Below, piece after piece: positions 10,299 to 18,906 of a DNA stretch of 24,079 nt. Every line of letters starts with the position of its first letter. Within the stretch, counting starts at the first letter, position 1. Under the pieces are notes generated by a model. The model did no database searches and was not told the origin of the DNA. It was given only the letters and a program-made list of their open reading frames with translations. Made by a program: the position numbers and the translations under genes. The stretch lies in the IMG/VR virus record IMGVR_UViG_3300048606_000012, positions 1-24,079 of that record. One strand, written 5' to 3'. Origin of the DNA: a virus (taxonomy: Duplodnaviria; Caudoviricetes).

Positions 10299-11419
10299 TC
10301 AAAACATATGAGACTCGTTCCATGCCTACTCTTGTGGAACAACGTAATAACTTAATTAGTGAAATGGAAGGTTTAGTCGAAAAGGCGAAAAATGAAACTC
10401 GCTCACTTGACGACCAAGAAATTACTCGTTTTGACGAAATCAAAACAGAAGTAACAAAAATCGATAAGACCATACAGGCCGAAAAAGAAGCCGAAGGCCT
10501 GGCAACTGACAAAGTTAAGACTCCCGAACAGGAAGAACAGCGAGCGCTAGATGAAGAAAAGTTTATCAAGTTCATTAAAGGCGATACCCGAGCTTTAGAT
10601 GTTGCGAGCAATGGCGCTATCATTCCCACGGACATAGCCGACAGGATTCTTACAAGAGTAAAAGAGCTTTCGCCTATTTACGCAAGAGCAACCGTTTTTA
10701 ATGTCGGTGGAGATTTGGATTTCCCTGCATTCGACAGTAACTCTATTGTAACAAGCTATGTTGCCGATTTACAGGAGCTAACGGCCCAAAATGGTAACTT
10801 TACAAGTCGTAAATTGCAGAACTTTATTGCAGGGTCTTTAGTAACGATTTCTCGCTCGCTTATGAATCGTCAAGATTTTGACTTAGTTAATTTTATTGTC
10901 AATCAAATGGGTGGCAGTATGTCTAACTTTATCGAAAGAGAATTACTAATAGGCGCAGGCGTTACAGGCGCAACAGGGGTGTTCGCTGACGGAAATGTAA
11001 CGGCTGTTACTCCTGGGGGTGCAAGCTTTACAACTGACGATTTAATCTCTCAACAAATGGCAATCCCAGAGCAATTTCAAGGAGCTTGTGCGTGGATTAT
11101 GTCTAAACCTACTTTCTTAGGCCTACGCAAATTAAAGGATGCTAACGGTACATATGTACTAAATCCAGATATTCGTACAGGCTTTGGATGGACCTTGCTT
11201 GGACAGCCTGTTTTTATTTCAGAAAATGCGCCTAATAACGCTATCGCTTTCGGAGATTATAGTGGGCTTTATGTCAAACTGGCTAAAAACGTAGAGATAA
11301 CGATTCTCAATGAATTATATGCGACACGCCATTCTACAGGGGTGGTAGGCTATACAGAATTTGATAGTCGTATCATCGAGGATCAAAAAATTTCAGTTAT
11401 GGAATTAGCAGTCGTTTAA
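10286..11419 (+). CDS. HK97-fold major capsid protein
   Basis: Coiled-coil delta domain at the N-terminus, GAIIPT, ISRSLM, LRKLKDANG.Y, LLGQPV and FGDYS motifs. Confidence 0.95.
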   Translation: MSILIKTYETRSMPTLVEQRNNLISEMEGLVEKAKNETRSLDDQEITRFDEIKTEVTKIDKTIQAEKEAEGLATDKVKTPEQEEQRALDEEKFIKFIKGDTRALDVASNGAIIPTDIADRILTRVKELSPIYARATVFNVGGDLDFPAFDSNSIVTSYVADLQELTAQNGNFTSRKLQNFIAGSLVTISRSLMNRQDFDLVNFIVNQMGGSMSNFIERELLIGAGVTGATGVFADGNVTAVTPGGASFTTDDLISQQMAIPEQFQGACAWIMSKPTFLGLRKLKDANGTYVLNPDIRTGFGWTLLGQPVFISENAPNNAIAFGDYSGLYVKLAKNVEITILNELYATRHSTGVVGYTEFDSRIIEDQKISVMELAVV

Positions 11420-11488
11420 AAGGCTAAAATCTTTCGATTAGGCCAAAAATAAAACTATTCATGTTGAATCTCGAAAGGAGGGTTACTT

Positions 11489-11875
11489 ATGGGATTAGTA
11501 CAAGCACAATTAGCTTTCCATCATGACGCTGTAGGCTCTAAAGCCCAAAACGAAGTGTTCGAAGTTCAAAACGAGCAAGTATGTGCTGAATTAGAACAAA
11601 AGGGATATGTTAAAAAAGTTGAAGGGTCAGAAGCTCAGTTGCACCAAGAACAGGCCAAATTACAGCAACAAGTGGGAGAAGTCAACAAACTCACTAACGA
11701 AGCCGTTTCTATGGCAAGTCACGACCACAATCAACAAGCCAATCAACAAGCCCAACAAGCGCAACAAATTCGTCAACAACTTGCTCAACAAGCGCAACAA
11801 GGCCAAAATCAACAGGCTCAACAATCTAGTGAGACACATATTAAAACCACAACCAAAAAAGCGAATGAAAAATAA
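11489..11875 (+). CDS. Small post-capsid protein with Gln-rich C-terminal half
   Basis: Strong SD aaggaggg and stop adjacent to the next ATG. N-terminal EVFEV....AEL...GYVKKV resembles small proteins often found after capsid genes. Confidence 0.75.
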   Translation: MGLVQAQLAFHHDAVGSKAQNEVFEVQNEQVCAELEQKGYVKKVEGSEAQLHQEQAKLQQQVGEVNKLTNEAVSMASHDHNQQANQQAQQAQQIRQQLAQQAQQGQNQQAQQSSETHIKTTTKKANEK

Positions 11876-12159
11876 TGAAAATTAATGAAATCACTTTAAA
11901 AGACATTAAGGATTATTTACATGTTTATCATAACGAGGACGACACGTTAATTTCTGCCATTCTTACAGCATCCCGTAGTTTTGTAAAAAACTATACAGGC
12001 CTGACAAATGAAAGTCTGGATTCTAAAGATGATTTATCAATGGCTGTTTTTATCTTGTCGTCTGAGTTATATGATAATCGAGCTTATACAGTCGAGAACA
12101 ACAATGTCAATCCTGTCATAGAGGCCATACTAGGTATGCACTCAGTAAATCTATTATAA
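11875..12159 (+). CDS. Head-tail connector (HK97 gp6-like)
   Basis: ITLKDIKDYL...EDD.LI and LYDNR motifs, and gene position. Confidence 0.9.
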   Translation: MKINEITLKDIKDYLHVYHNEDDTLISAILTASRSFVKNYTGLTNESLDSKDDLSMAVFILSSELYDNRAYTVENNNVNPVIEAILGMHSVNLL

Positions 12160-12173
12160 GGCGGTGTTGGAAT

Positions 12174-12542
12174 ATGGCTCGCATAAATGCAGGCAAATAT
12201 CGACACCTTGTTACCTTTCAGAGATTGAAACAGGCGAATCAGAATTCATATGGCGAAACCTCTACAAATGAAGATGAAAATTGGGAAGATGCTTTTACCT
12301 CACGGGTAGGTATCTTCCCTTTATCGGGTAGAGAATTTTTAGGCCTGCAAGGTGATGTAAAACACTCTGAAATTAGCCACAGAATCGTTTTAAGGTTCAC
12401 GAAGGGGATTACATCCGACATGCGAATTAAATTCGGCTCACGGGTGTTTGAGATTACTTCACCGCCTGTTAACAGTTATGAAAGAAATGACGAGTTACTA
12501 CTTTTTTGCAAAGAAAGAAATCCTTTGCCCACAGGAGGCTAA
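12174..12542 (+). CDS. Head closure / head-tail adaptor (SPP1 gp16-like)
   Basis: INAGKYRHLVTFQ, PLSGRE and ITSDMRI motifs. Confidence 0.9.
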   Translation: MARINAGKYRHLVTFQRLKQANQNSYGETSTNEDENWEDAFTSRVGIFPLSGREFLGLQGDVKHSEISHRIVLRFTKGITSDMRIKFGSRVFEITSPPVNSYERNDELLLFCKERNPLPTGG

Positions 12543-12545
12543 ATT

Positions 12546-13034
12546 ATGGCTGAAATTCGGAGCGCTTCTAAATTCGGGATCGAAGTTGTGGGATTGGTCG
12601 AATTACAGGCGCAATTTGAAAAGCTTGGTAAAATGCCTAAGAAATATTTAAACAAGGCAGGTCGTGAAGGAATTGCCGATAGTGAAAGATTAGTAAAATC
12701 AATGGCACCAGTAGGAAAAACAGGTAACTTAAAAAAGTCGATTAAAAAGAAAATGGAAACCCCAAACAAACGAAACAAAGGGGTTTACCGATTAGCCTAT
12801 AACCCTAAATTTAATGATGTTTTTCAAAAGAAAACAACAGGCGTTTATGGTGGTAAGCTACCCCACGCTTATATTCCTTCTTCGGTAGAATATGGTTATT
12901 TAGGTCCCGATGGTCATGTCAAAGTTAAAACCATGCATTGGGCTGATAAAGCCTTACGAAATACCGAAAGAAGTTCTATGCAAAAAACTGTTAATAGTTT
13001 AAATCGATCACTAGATATATTACTTAAAAAGTAG
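12546..13034 (+). CDS. HK97 gp10-like neck/tail protein
   Basis: V.GL.EL...F.KL, APVGKTGNLKKSI and VEYG motifs. Confidence 0.85.
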   Translation: MAEIRSASKFGIEVVGLVELQAQFEKLGKMPKKYLNKAGREGIADSERLVKSMAPVGKTGNLKKSIKKKMETPNKRNKGVYRLAYNPKFNDVFQKKTTGVYGGKLPHAYIPSSVEYGYLGPDGHVKVKTMHWADKALRNTERSSMQKTVNSLNRSLDILLKK

Positions 13035-13042
13035 GCGAGTTA

Positions 13043-13423
13043 ATGAATTTCGAAGAAGCGTTAACCTACGAATTACAGGCCATCACAGGCCTTTCAAATA
13101 AAGTATTTCCTCAAAAAGCAGAAGAGAATTTATTGCCTCCATTTGTTGTTTATATTTCTAGCGAGGGCGAGCCTATCATGACTCTTTCAGGCCCTACAGA
13201 TATGACGGAATTGACTTGTGGAATCCATGTCTGGGCTGAGACTTATGAACAATTAAAAGATTATACCAAATTGGTGACCGGTAAATTAAGAAGCTTTCTT
13301 CAAAGAAATATAGGCCAAAATGGCCCGTATATAAAAAGTATAACCCACACGGAACCTACAGAAGATATTGATAACAACACTAACTTTCATGTCAGCTCTT
13401 TCGACATAAGAGTGAGATTTTAA
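13043..13423 (+). CDS. Tail completion/terminator protein
   Basis: Position before the tail tube gene, VFP...LPPFVVY pattern, 126 aa. Confidence 0.75.
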   Translation: MNFEEALTYELQAITGLSNKVFPQKAEENLLPPFVVYISSEGEPIMTLSGPTDMTELTCGIHVWAETYEQLKDYTKLVTGKLRSFLQRNIGQNGPYIKSITHTEPTEDIDNNTNFHVSSFDIRVRF

Positions 13424-13437
13424 GGAGGCCTTTTTAC

Positions 13438-13845
13438 ATGCCGATTGTTGGAATAGGTACAACCCTCAAAAAAGGGACTACAGTAATTGCTAATTTAACA
13501 TCAATTGATGGCGTTTCCATTTCTGCAGATACAATCGAATCAACAAATTTAAGCACAGAAGGTGGATACCGTACATTCGTAAATGGTCTAAAAGATGCAG
13601 GCGAAGTCTCAATTTCGGGCCATTTCGGCTATGACGACCATAACGAATTGTTAACTGACTTCGAAGCAAGCACTTTGGACGCTTATACGATTGAGTTTCC
13701 TGACCGTGGGACTACCACAGGCACACAATGGACCTTCTCGGCTGTTGTAACGGCTTTCGGTACTTCTGTTGAGTTAGAAGATTTAATCAGCTTTGAGGCC
13801 ACTTTAAAGGTGTCTGGCAGACCGACATTGATTGGTCCAGTTTAA
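13438..13845 (+). CDS. Major tail tube protein
   Basis: DTIESTNL, GLKDAGEVSISG, IEFPD and LKVSGRP motifs (lambda gpV / TP901-like tube). Confidence 0.9.
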   Translation: MPIVGIGTTLKKGTTVIANLTSIDGVSISADTIESTNLSTEGGYRTFVNGLKDAGEVSISGHFGYDDHNELLTDFEASTLDAYTIEFPDRGTTTGTQWTFSAVVTAFGTSVELEDLISFEATLKVSGRPTLIGPV

Positions 13846-13866
13846 TATAAGATGGGTGAGGAAGTT

Positions 13867-14196
13867 ATGAGCGAAAATAAAGAAAAAAACAATCTGGTCA
13901 TTGTAGAGTTAGATAGACCTCGTTTTGTAAAATTCGGGCATAAAGCATTAAAGCAACTTGGAACGCTTACAGGCAAAAAGCTCGAAGAAATGGACGAGAA
14001 CGATTTTGATTTAGCAGACTTAGAAAAAATAATGTGGTGTGGCCTGCAAGCAGACGCCAGAGAACATGGCGAACAATTAAAACTAGAGGATATGGAAGAT
14101 TTACTTGATTCTGCCGATTCCTTTGGGGAAATCATGGAGGCTATGAATAAGGCTTTAGAAGTCGCTTTCATGAGAACTGAAAAAGAAAAAAACTAA
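13867..14196 (+). CDS. Tail assembly chaperone (gpG-like)
   Basis: Acidic ~109 aa protein after the tail tube, ending EKN* at a slippery site. SD gggtgagg favours ATG 13867 over 13852. Confidence 0.85.
   Translation: MSENKEKNNLVIVELDRPRFVKFGHKALKQLGTLTGKKLEEMDENDFDLADLEKIMWCGLQADAREHGEQLKLEDMEDLLDSADSFGEIMEAMNKALEVAFMRTEKEKN
14187..14193 (+). other. Programmed -1 frameshift slippery site A AAA AAC
   Basis: X XXY YYZ heptamer immediately before the TAA. The -1 frame is open from 14187 and in frame with ORF 14289-14558. Confidence 0.8.
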
Positions 14197-14558
14197 TCAA
14201 GGATAGCAGGCTAAAAAAAAGCGAAGAACCCACAGGCCGATGGAACTGGGAATTCGCTTTAAAGTCGGCTATCCTTGTCGGCCTTTCAGTGGAGCAATTT
14301 GAATACATGTCACCTTACGAGCTTTCTCTTTACATAGAAACCACACAAGAAAAACAAGAAACGGAATTAAAAGAAAGGCTTACTTTGGTATGGCTAGGAG
14401 AATACTATCATCGTACTAAACGTTTACCTAAACTAGCTGACGAGTTGAAGAAAGTTTCGAGCGATTCAAAGCAGGACATGACGCCTGAACAAATGCTCGA
14501 TAGAGTCAAGTCGTTAAATGCTCAATTCGGTGGTGTAACCATAAAAGGCGGTGAGTAA
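14187..14558 (+). CDS. Tail assembly chaperone gpT portion (expressed as G-T frameshift fusion)
   Basis: The -1 frame reads LIKDSRLKKSEEPTGRWNWEFALKSAILVGLSVEQFEYMSPYEL... The GLS.EQF..M.P.E pattern is typical of gpT. No SD before GTG 14289. Confidence 0.75.
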   Translation, partial: KKLIKDSRLKKSEEPTGRWNWEFALKSAILVGLSVEQFEYMSPYELSLYIETTQEKQETELKERLTLVWLGEYYHRTKRLPKLADELKKVSSDSKQDMTPEQMLDRVKSLNAQFGGVTIKGGE

Positions 14559-16868
14559 GTGGCTTTAAGGAATCTACTCGTCCGTGTGGGTGCAGATGTT
14601 TCAGGCCTGTCAGCAGGTTTGAAAAAAGCCCAGAAGGACGTTAAATATTTTGGTCGTAATGTAACAGGCTCTTTAAAAGAAATACAGGGGAAAATGGCAG
14701 GCCTGGCAGGTGCTTTGGGTGGTGGGATATTACTAAAGTCGGGTATCCAAGATGCCATGAGATACGAAGCGTTAATGTCTACTTTGGGCGAAACATTAGG
14801 CGAAAGTACAAGTCAATTTATGGATTGGCAGAAAAAGACAGGCCGTGCGATGGGCTTTTCTATGTTGCAGGGCGCAGAATTAGCGAACATGCTTTCTCTA
14901 AATTTTAAGTCGATTTCTACAAGTACAGCCGATTTAACGAACAAAACAACGAAAATGATGGAATTGGCGGCCGTTATATCGAACAAACGTGGTATGACTA
15001 TGACCGAAGTTTCTGATAGGATTCGGTCAGCTATGAACCAAGAGGCCGATGGCGCACAAGAGCTAGGTGTTGATGTTCGTATTGCGTCTATCAAAGCAGG
15101 CCAAGCCTATCAAGAATTAGCGAATGGCGCACCGTGGGATCAATTAAGCGAGAGTATGAGAAAAACCATTCTCTATCATCATATTTTCGAGCAAGTGTCA
15201 CAAAATTTAGGGACAACGATGCAAGATACTACGGCTCAAAGAATGGCTGTTTTTACGGCTACTTTAGCAGATGTGAGGTTAGCCTTAGGTCAAGCTTTTT
15301 TGCCTGTACTGCATGTCGTCCTACCGATTTTAACAGCCCTCGCTAATGGCTTGATTAAAGTCTTACAAATATTCGGGGCTTTCATGCAAGCTCTATTCGG
15401 CAAAGGCTTTAAATTCAAACCGCCTGTAACTTCTGGTGATGTAAAAAATACCGTTAATCAAGGTAAAGCTCTTGACGGAGTAGGAAAGTCTGCAGACAAA
15501 GCAGGCAAAAAATCTGCCAAAGCAGGCAAAAAAGCCCGTGAAGCTTGGAGTGGAACCTTTGGATTTGACGAAGTTCACACCATTAAAGAACCAGACGCAC
15601 CTGCAGGTGGAGCAGGCGGTGGTGGCGGTGGTGTTGGTGGCGGTGGCGGTGGCGGTGGTGGTCTCGGAGGCCTCGATGCAGGCGCTTTAGATATTGGTAC
15701 TCCTTTTGAAGCCTTTAACAAAGGAATGGAAGAACTAGCAAGCAAGTTTAAAAAATACACCGACCCAATCCGAAAAATCGCTAGTCAAATTTGGACAGCC
15801 GTGTCAGGCTTTGCTATTGAACAATTTAATCGAATAAGTGCATGGTGGGCCGAAAATGGCGCTCAAATTACACAGGCCATGAAGAATGTCTGGAATTTTA
15901 TATTACCTATTATCACTTTTGTTGTGAAGTTTATATGGGAGTCCGTAAAAGGTTTAGTTGAAGGTGTTATCACATTTTTCATGGGAATTATCGAATTTTT
16001 CTCTGGTGTATTTACTGGTGATTGGCAAATGGCCTGGGAGGGCTTAAAGAAAATTTTCATCGGAGCTTTTCAGGCGATTTCGAATTTCTTTAACCTCACG
16101 CTTATCGGTGGAATGAAAAAGCTTTTACTCAACTTTGTAAAAGATGGAATAGTAAACGTTCTCAAATTTGCTAGTAAATTTAAATCGGGCTTAGACGAGG
16201 CTTGGACCTTTGCTCGAAAAAAATTCATGGATTTTGTTAATACCCTGAAAAGGAACTTTATTGATTTAGGCAAGGAATTATGGGCCAAAGCAAAAGAAAT
16301 CGGCACTAATGTATCAAGCGCTTTTCTCAAAATTGGTGCTGTAGGAAAGAAAATTTGGGACGCTATCAAGGGCGCTTTCAAAACTGCTGTAAGTTGGTTT
16401 TCTACCAACGTAATAAATCCTATTAAAAGTCGCTTCGATAGCCTTAGAAATGCTTTTAAAGTAAGTATTACCTCTGGCCTAAAAGCTGTATTGAATAGTG
16501 TCCGTGCGCCTATTAATAATTTAATCAGTGGTATTAACTCAATTAAAAATAAAATCCCAGGCGCTAATATGTTACCTAATATTCCTTCAATTCCTCGATT
16601 TGCACAAGGTGGTATTACATCGGGTCCTATGCTTGCGATGGTCGGAGATAACCCAGGGGGAAAAGAAGTAATCTCGCCTCTGGACCGTCTACAAAGCATG
16701 TTAACGAATTCGGTCCTACAGGCCATGCAAGCAGGCGGTGGTGGCGGTGGGAATTCTGGGGATGTTGTTTTAAATATTGATGGTAGAGCTTTCGCTCGCT
16801 TGGTCAAACCGTTTTTAGAACAAGAACAGGGCCGAACTGGCTCAGATATAAGAATCAGAACCATGTAA
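14559..16868 (+). CDS. Tail tape measure protein
   Basis: LRNLLVRVGAD N-terminus, aromatic-periodic helical repeats, GFDEV motif, C-terminal PRFAQGGI...AMVGD..GGKEVISPL and LNIDGR. Confidence 0.92.
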   Translation: MALRNLLVRVGADVSGLSAGLKKAQKDVKYFGRNVTGSLKEIQGKMAGLAGALGGGILLKSGIQDAMRYEALMSTLGETLGESTSQFMDWQKKTGRAMGFSMLQGAELANMLSLNFKSISTSTADLTNKTTKMMELAAVISNKRGMTMTEVSDRIRSAMNQEADGAQELGVDVRIASIKAGQAYQELANGAPWDQLSESMRKTILYHHIFEQVSQNLGTTMQDTTAQRMAVFTATLADVRLALGQAFLPVLHVVLPILTALANGLIKVLQIFGAFMQALFGKGFKFKPPVTSGDVKNTVNQGKALDGVGKSADKAGKKSAKAGKKAREAWSGTFGFDEVHTIKEPDAPAGGAGGGGGGVGGGGGGGGGLGGLDAGALDIGTPFEAFNKGMEELASKFKKYTDPIRKIASQIWTAVSGFAIEQFNRISAWWAENGAQITQAMKNVWNFILPIITFVVKFIWESVKGLVEGVITFFMGIIEFFSGVFTGDWQMAWEGLKKIFIGAFQAISNFFNLTLIGGMKKLLLNFVKDGIVNVLKFASKFKSGLDEAWTFARKKFMDFVNTLKRNFIDLGKELWAKAKEIGTNVSSAFLKIGAVGKKIWDAIKGAFKTAVSWFSTNVINPIKSRFDSLRNAFKVSITSGLKAVLNSVRAPINNLISGINSIKNKIPGANMLPNIPSIPRFAQGGITSGPMLAMVGDNPGGKEVISPLDRLQSMLTNSVLQAMQAGGGGGGNSGDVVLNIDGRAFARLVKPFLEQEQGRTGSDIRIRTM

Positions 16869-16881
16869 AGGAGTGGTGTAA

Positions 16882-17232
16882 ATGGCTCTAATAACAGTCG
16901 CAGGGGTAGCATTACCCACTCCTGCAGAATTTCAAATAGGCTATATGGATATAAGTAAAGCCGAAAGAAACGCAAACGGAAACATGATAATCGAAAGAAT
17001 TGCGACAAAAAGAAAGCTATTTTTAACTTATGCCTTTTTAACGACTAGTGAATTGTCGCTAATCCTGCAGAAAATTGCGCCTGCTTATTATGATGTGACT
17101 TATTTAGACGCACATAGCAACACCTTTAAAACAGGCTCTTTTTACTGTGGTGACCGTACTATGGGAATGGTTGATTATGTTGACGGGATAGCCCGTTATA
17201 AAGAGTTTACTTTTAATTTAATTGAGAGGTAG
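16882..17232 (+). CDS. Distal tail protein-like (small Dit)
   Basis: Position after TMP, LPTP...DI...RNANG.M....IATKRKL...F.LIER pattern. Confidence 0.65.
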   Translation: MALITVAGVALPTPAEFQIGYMDISKAERNANGNMIIERIATKRKLFLTYAFLTTSELSLILQKIAPAYYDVTYLDAHSNTFKTGSFYCGDRTMGMVDYVDGIARYKEFTFNLIER

Positions 17233-17240
17233 GGCGAATC

Positions 17241-18905
17241 GTGGTTAATGTTTCAAGTGCTTTCAAAGAAAAAGTTTTTACTACTTCCAGAAAAACCAAT
17301 GCCAGAGTCACATTTGAAATTATTGACTCGACAGCCTATGACAATGTGATTACCGTAAGCGACCGAAGCCTTTTTAGTCGTGAGGACCAAGTGAGCAACC
17401 GAGAAAGAACGATGAGCTATAAATATGGAACGATGGAGCGTAATCACTGGCTTATGGACGGTTCTTTTGTGATTGCCCCTAAACCTCAAGACGAGGCCGA
17501 AGATAAGGCCGAAGTAGGTTGGTGGAGCTTTTGGGTAAGTGATGCAGAAGGGAATTTTTCAACCAAGCCTGTAGTGACCGTCACTTTTCCAGAGGTTCAT
17601 AGTTCCCTGGGTATCACCGTCACTTTCGATACTCTTACAGGCGAAACAGCAAAAGATTTCGATGTAAAAATTTATGATGATGCAGGCGCTATGATTCATC
17701 AATGGTTTTTTGCTAACAATTCAAAACCTGTCGTGGTACTGGATCAAATCTATGACAACTATAAAAAAGTTGAAATTACAATCAGCAAATGGAGCAAAGG
17801 AAATCACAGCGCCAGGATTTCAGAAATTGATTTCGGAATTACACAAGAATATTCAGGCGAAAAATTAATTGATATGAAAGTCATTGAGGAAATGGATTTA
17901 TTAGGGAGTACCATGCCCTCGAATGAACTGCAGTTTAAAATTGATAACTTTGACCGTGCTTTTAACATTATTAATCCTGAGGGTTTCTATCGCTTCATCC
18001 AAACAGGCCAAGAGGTTAAAGCTTATATAGGCGTTAAGATAAATGAAGAAGAAGAGGAAACGGATATTTTCGAAGAGATTTTAATGGGTACTTTCTACAT
18101 GACAGAATGGAAAAGTGATTTAGGCGCATTGACAACCACTTTCACAGCCAGAGACCTTATCACTTCACTAGAAACGAAACCCGATTATGTGAGCGCTATA
18201 GTAAAACCGAATCTTTACGATTTAGCTATAGACCTCTTTACTCATACAGGCGTGACCAAATACCAACTCGATTCCAGATTAAAAGACTTTGCGAGTTATG
18301 GCTTTTTGGAACCTATTAACCCACGGGTAGCCTTACAACATATAGCTATCGCAAGTCAAAGCACAGCTTACCAAGACCGAAACGGTGTCATGATTATCAA
18401 ACAATTTGAGCCGATTCAAACCAGTACAGGCTATATGATTTTTGCAGGCCCAGATGAATATGCAGGCGTGACCACACCAGAGGTGTTAGTCGATTATGGT
18501 TATCAAGCTATTGACTTTGACAATCTTTTTGCAGAACCCGAAATAGTACTAGAGTCTGCAGTTAAAGCTTTAATTTTTGATGTTCACCATACCGAAGAAT
18601 ATGCAACACAAGTGACAATCGAAAACCCTGATTTGAGCGCAAATAAAGGAGTTACTTATCAATATCAAAATCCTCTTATTGTAACACCTGTACAGGCCCA
18701 ACAAGTCGCAAACTGGATGTTTTTAGAATATGACTTTGACGCAAAATATACAGCTGTATGGCGTCAGAATCCTGCTTTTGAAGTAGGCGAGGCCGTTGCG
18801 ATAGAGGATATTTACGGAGGAATGAAAAAAGTAAGAATCACAAAACAAGAGTTTAACTTCGCAGGCTATTTGGAGGGCGTGACCGAAGGGAAAGGAGGCG
18901 TTTAA
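17241..18905 (+). CDS. Baseplate hub / Tal-like tail protein
   Basis: Position after Dit, internal galactose-binding-like segment (SLGITVTFD...RISEIDFG), C-terminal WRQNPAFEVGE. Confidence 0.65.
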   Translation: MVNVSSAFKEKVFTTSRKTNARVTFEIIDSTAYDNVITVSDRSLFSREDQVSNRERTMSYKYGTMERNHWLMDGSFVIAPKPQDEAEDKAEVGWWSFWVSDAEGNFSTKPVVTVTFPEVHSSLGITVTFDTLTGETAKDFDVKIYDDAGAMIHQWFFANNSKPVVVLDQIYDNYKKVEITISKWSKGNHSARISEIDFGITQEYSGEKLIDMKVIEEMDLLGSTMPSNELQFKIDNFDRAFNIINPEGFYRFIQTGQEVKAYIGVKINEEEEETDIFEEILMGTFYMTEWKSDLGALTTTFTARDLITSLETKPDYVSAIVKPNLYDLAIDLFTHTGVTKYQLDSRLKDFASYGFLEPINPRVALQHIAIASQSTAYQDRNGVMIIKQFEPIQTSTGYMIFAGPDEYAGVTTPEVLVDYGYQAIDFDNLFAEPEIVLESAVKALIFDVHHTEEYATQVTIENPDLSANKGVTYQYQNPLIVTPVQAQQVANWMFLEYDFDAKYTAVWRQNPAFEVGEAVAIEDIYGGMKKVRITKQEFNFAGYLEGVTEGKGGV

Positions 18906-18906
18906 T

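Noticed and set aside
11422-11450. Hairpin after the capsid gene as a terminator
   Set aside because: Short imperfect stem with no + strand T-tract.
16070-17008. 312 aa minus-strand ORF
   Set aside because: Antisense shadow of the tape measure and Dit genes, with no recognisable motif. The poly-Pro mirrors the poly-Gly.
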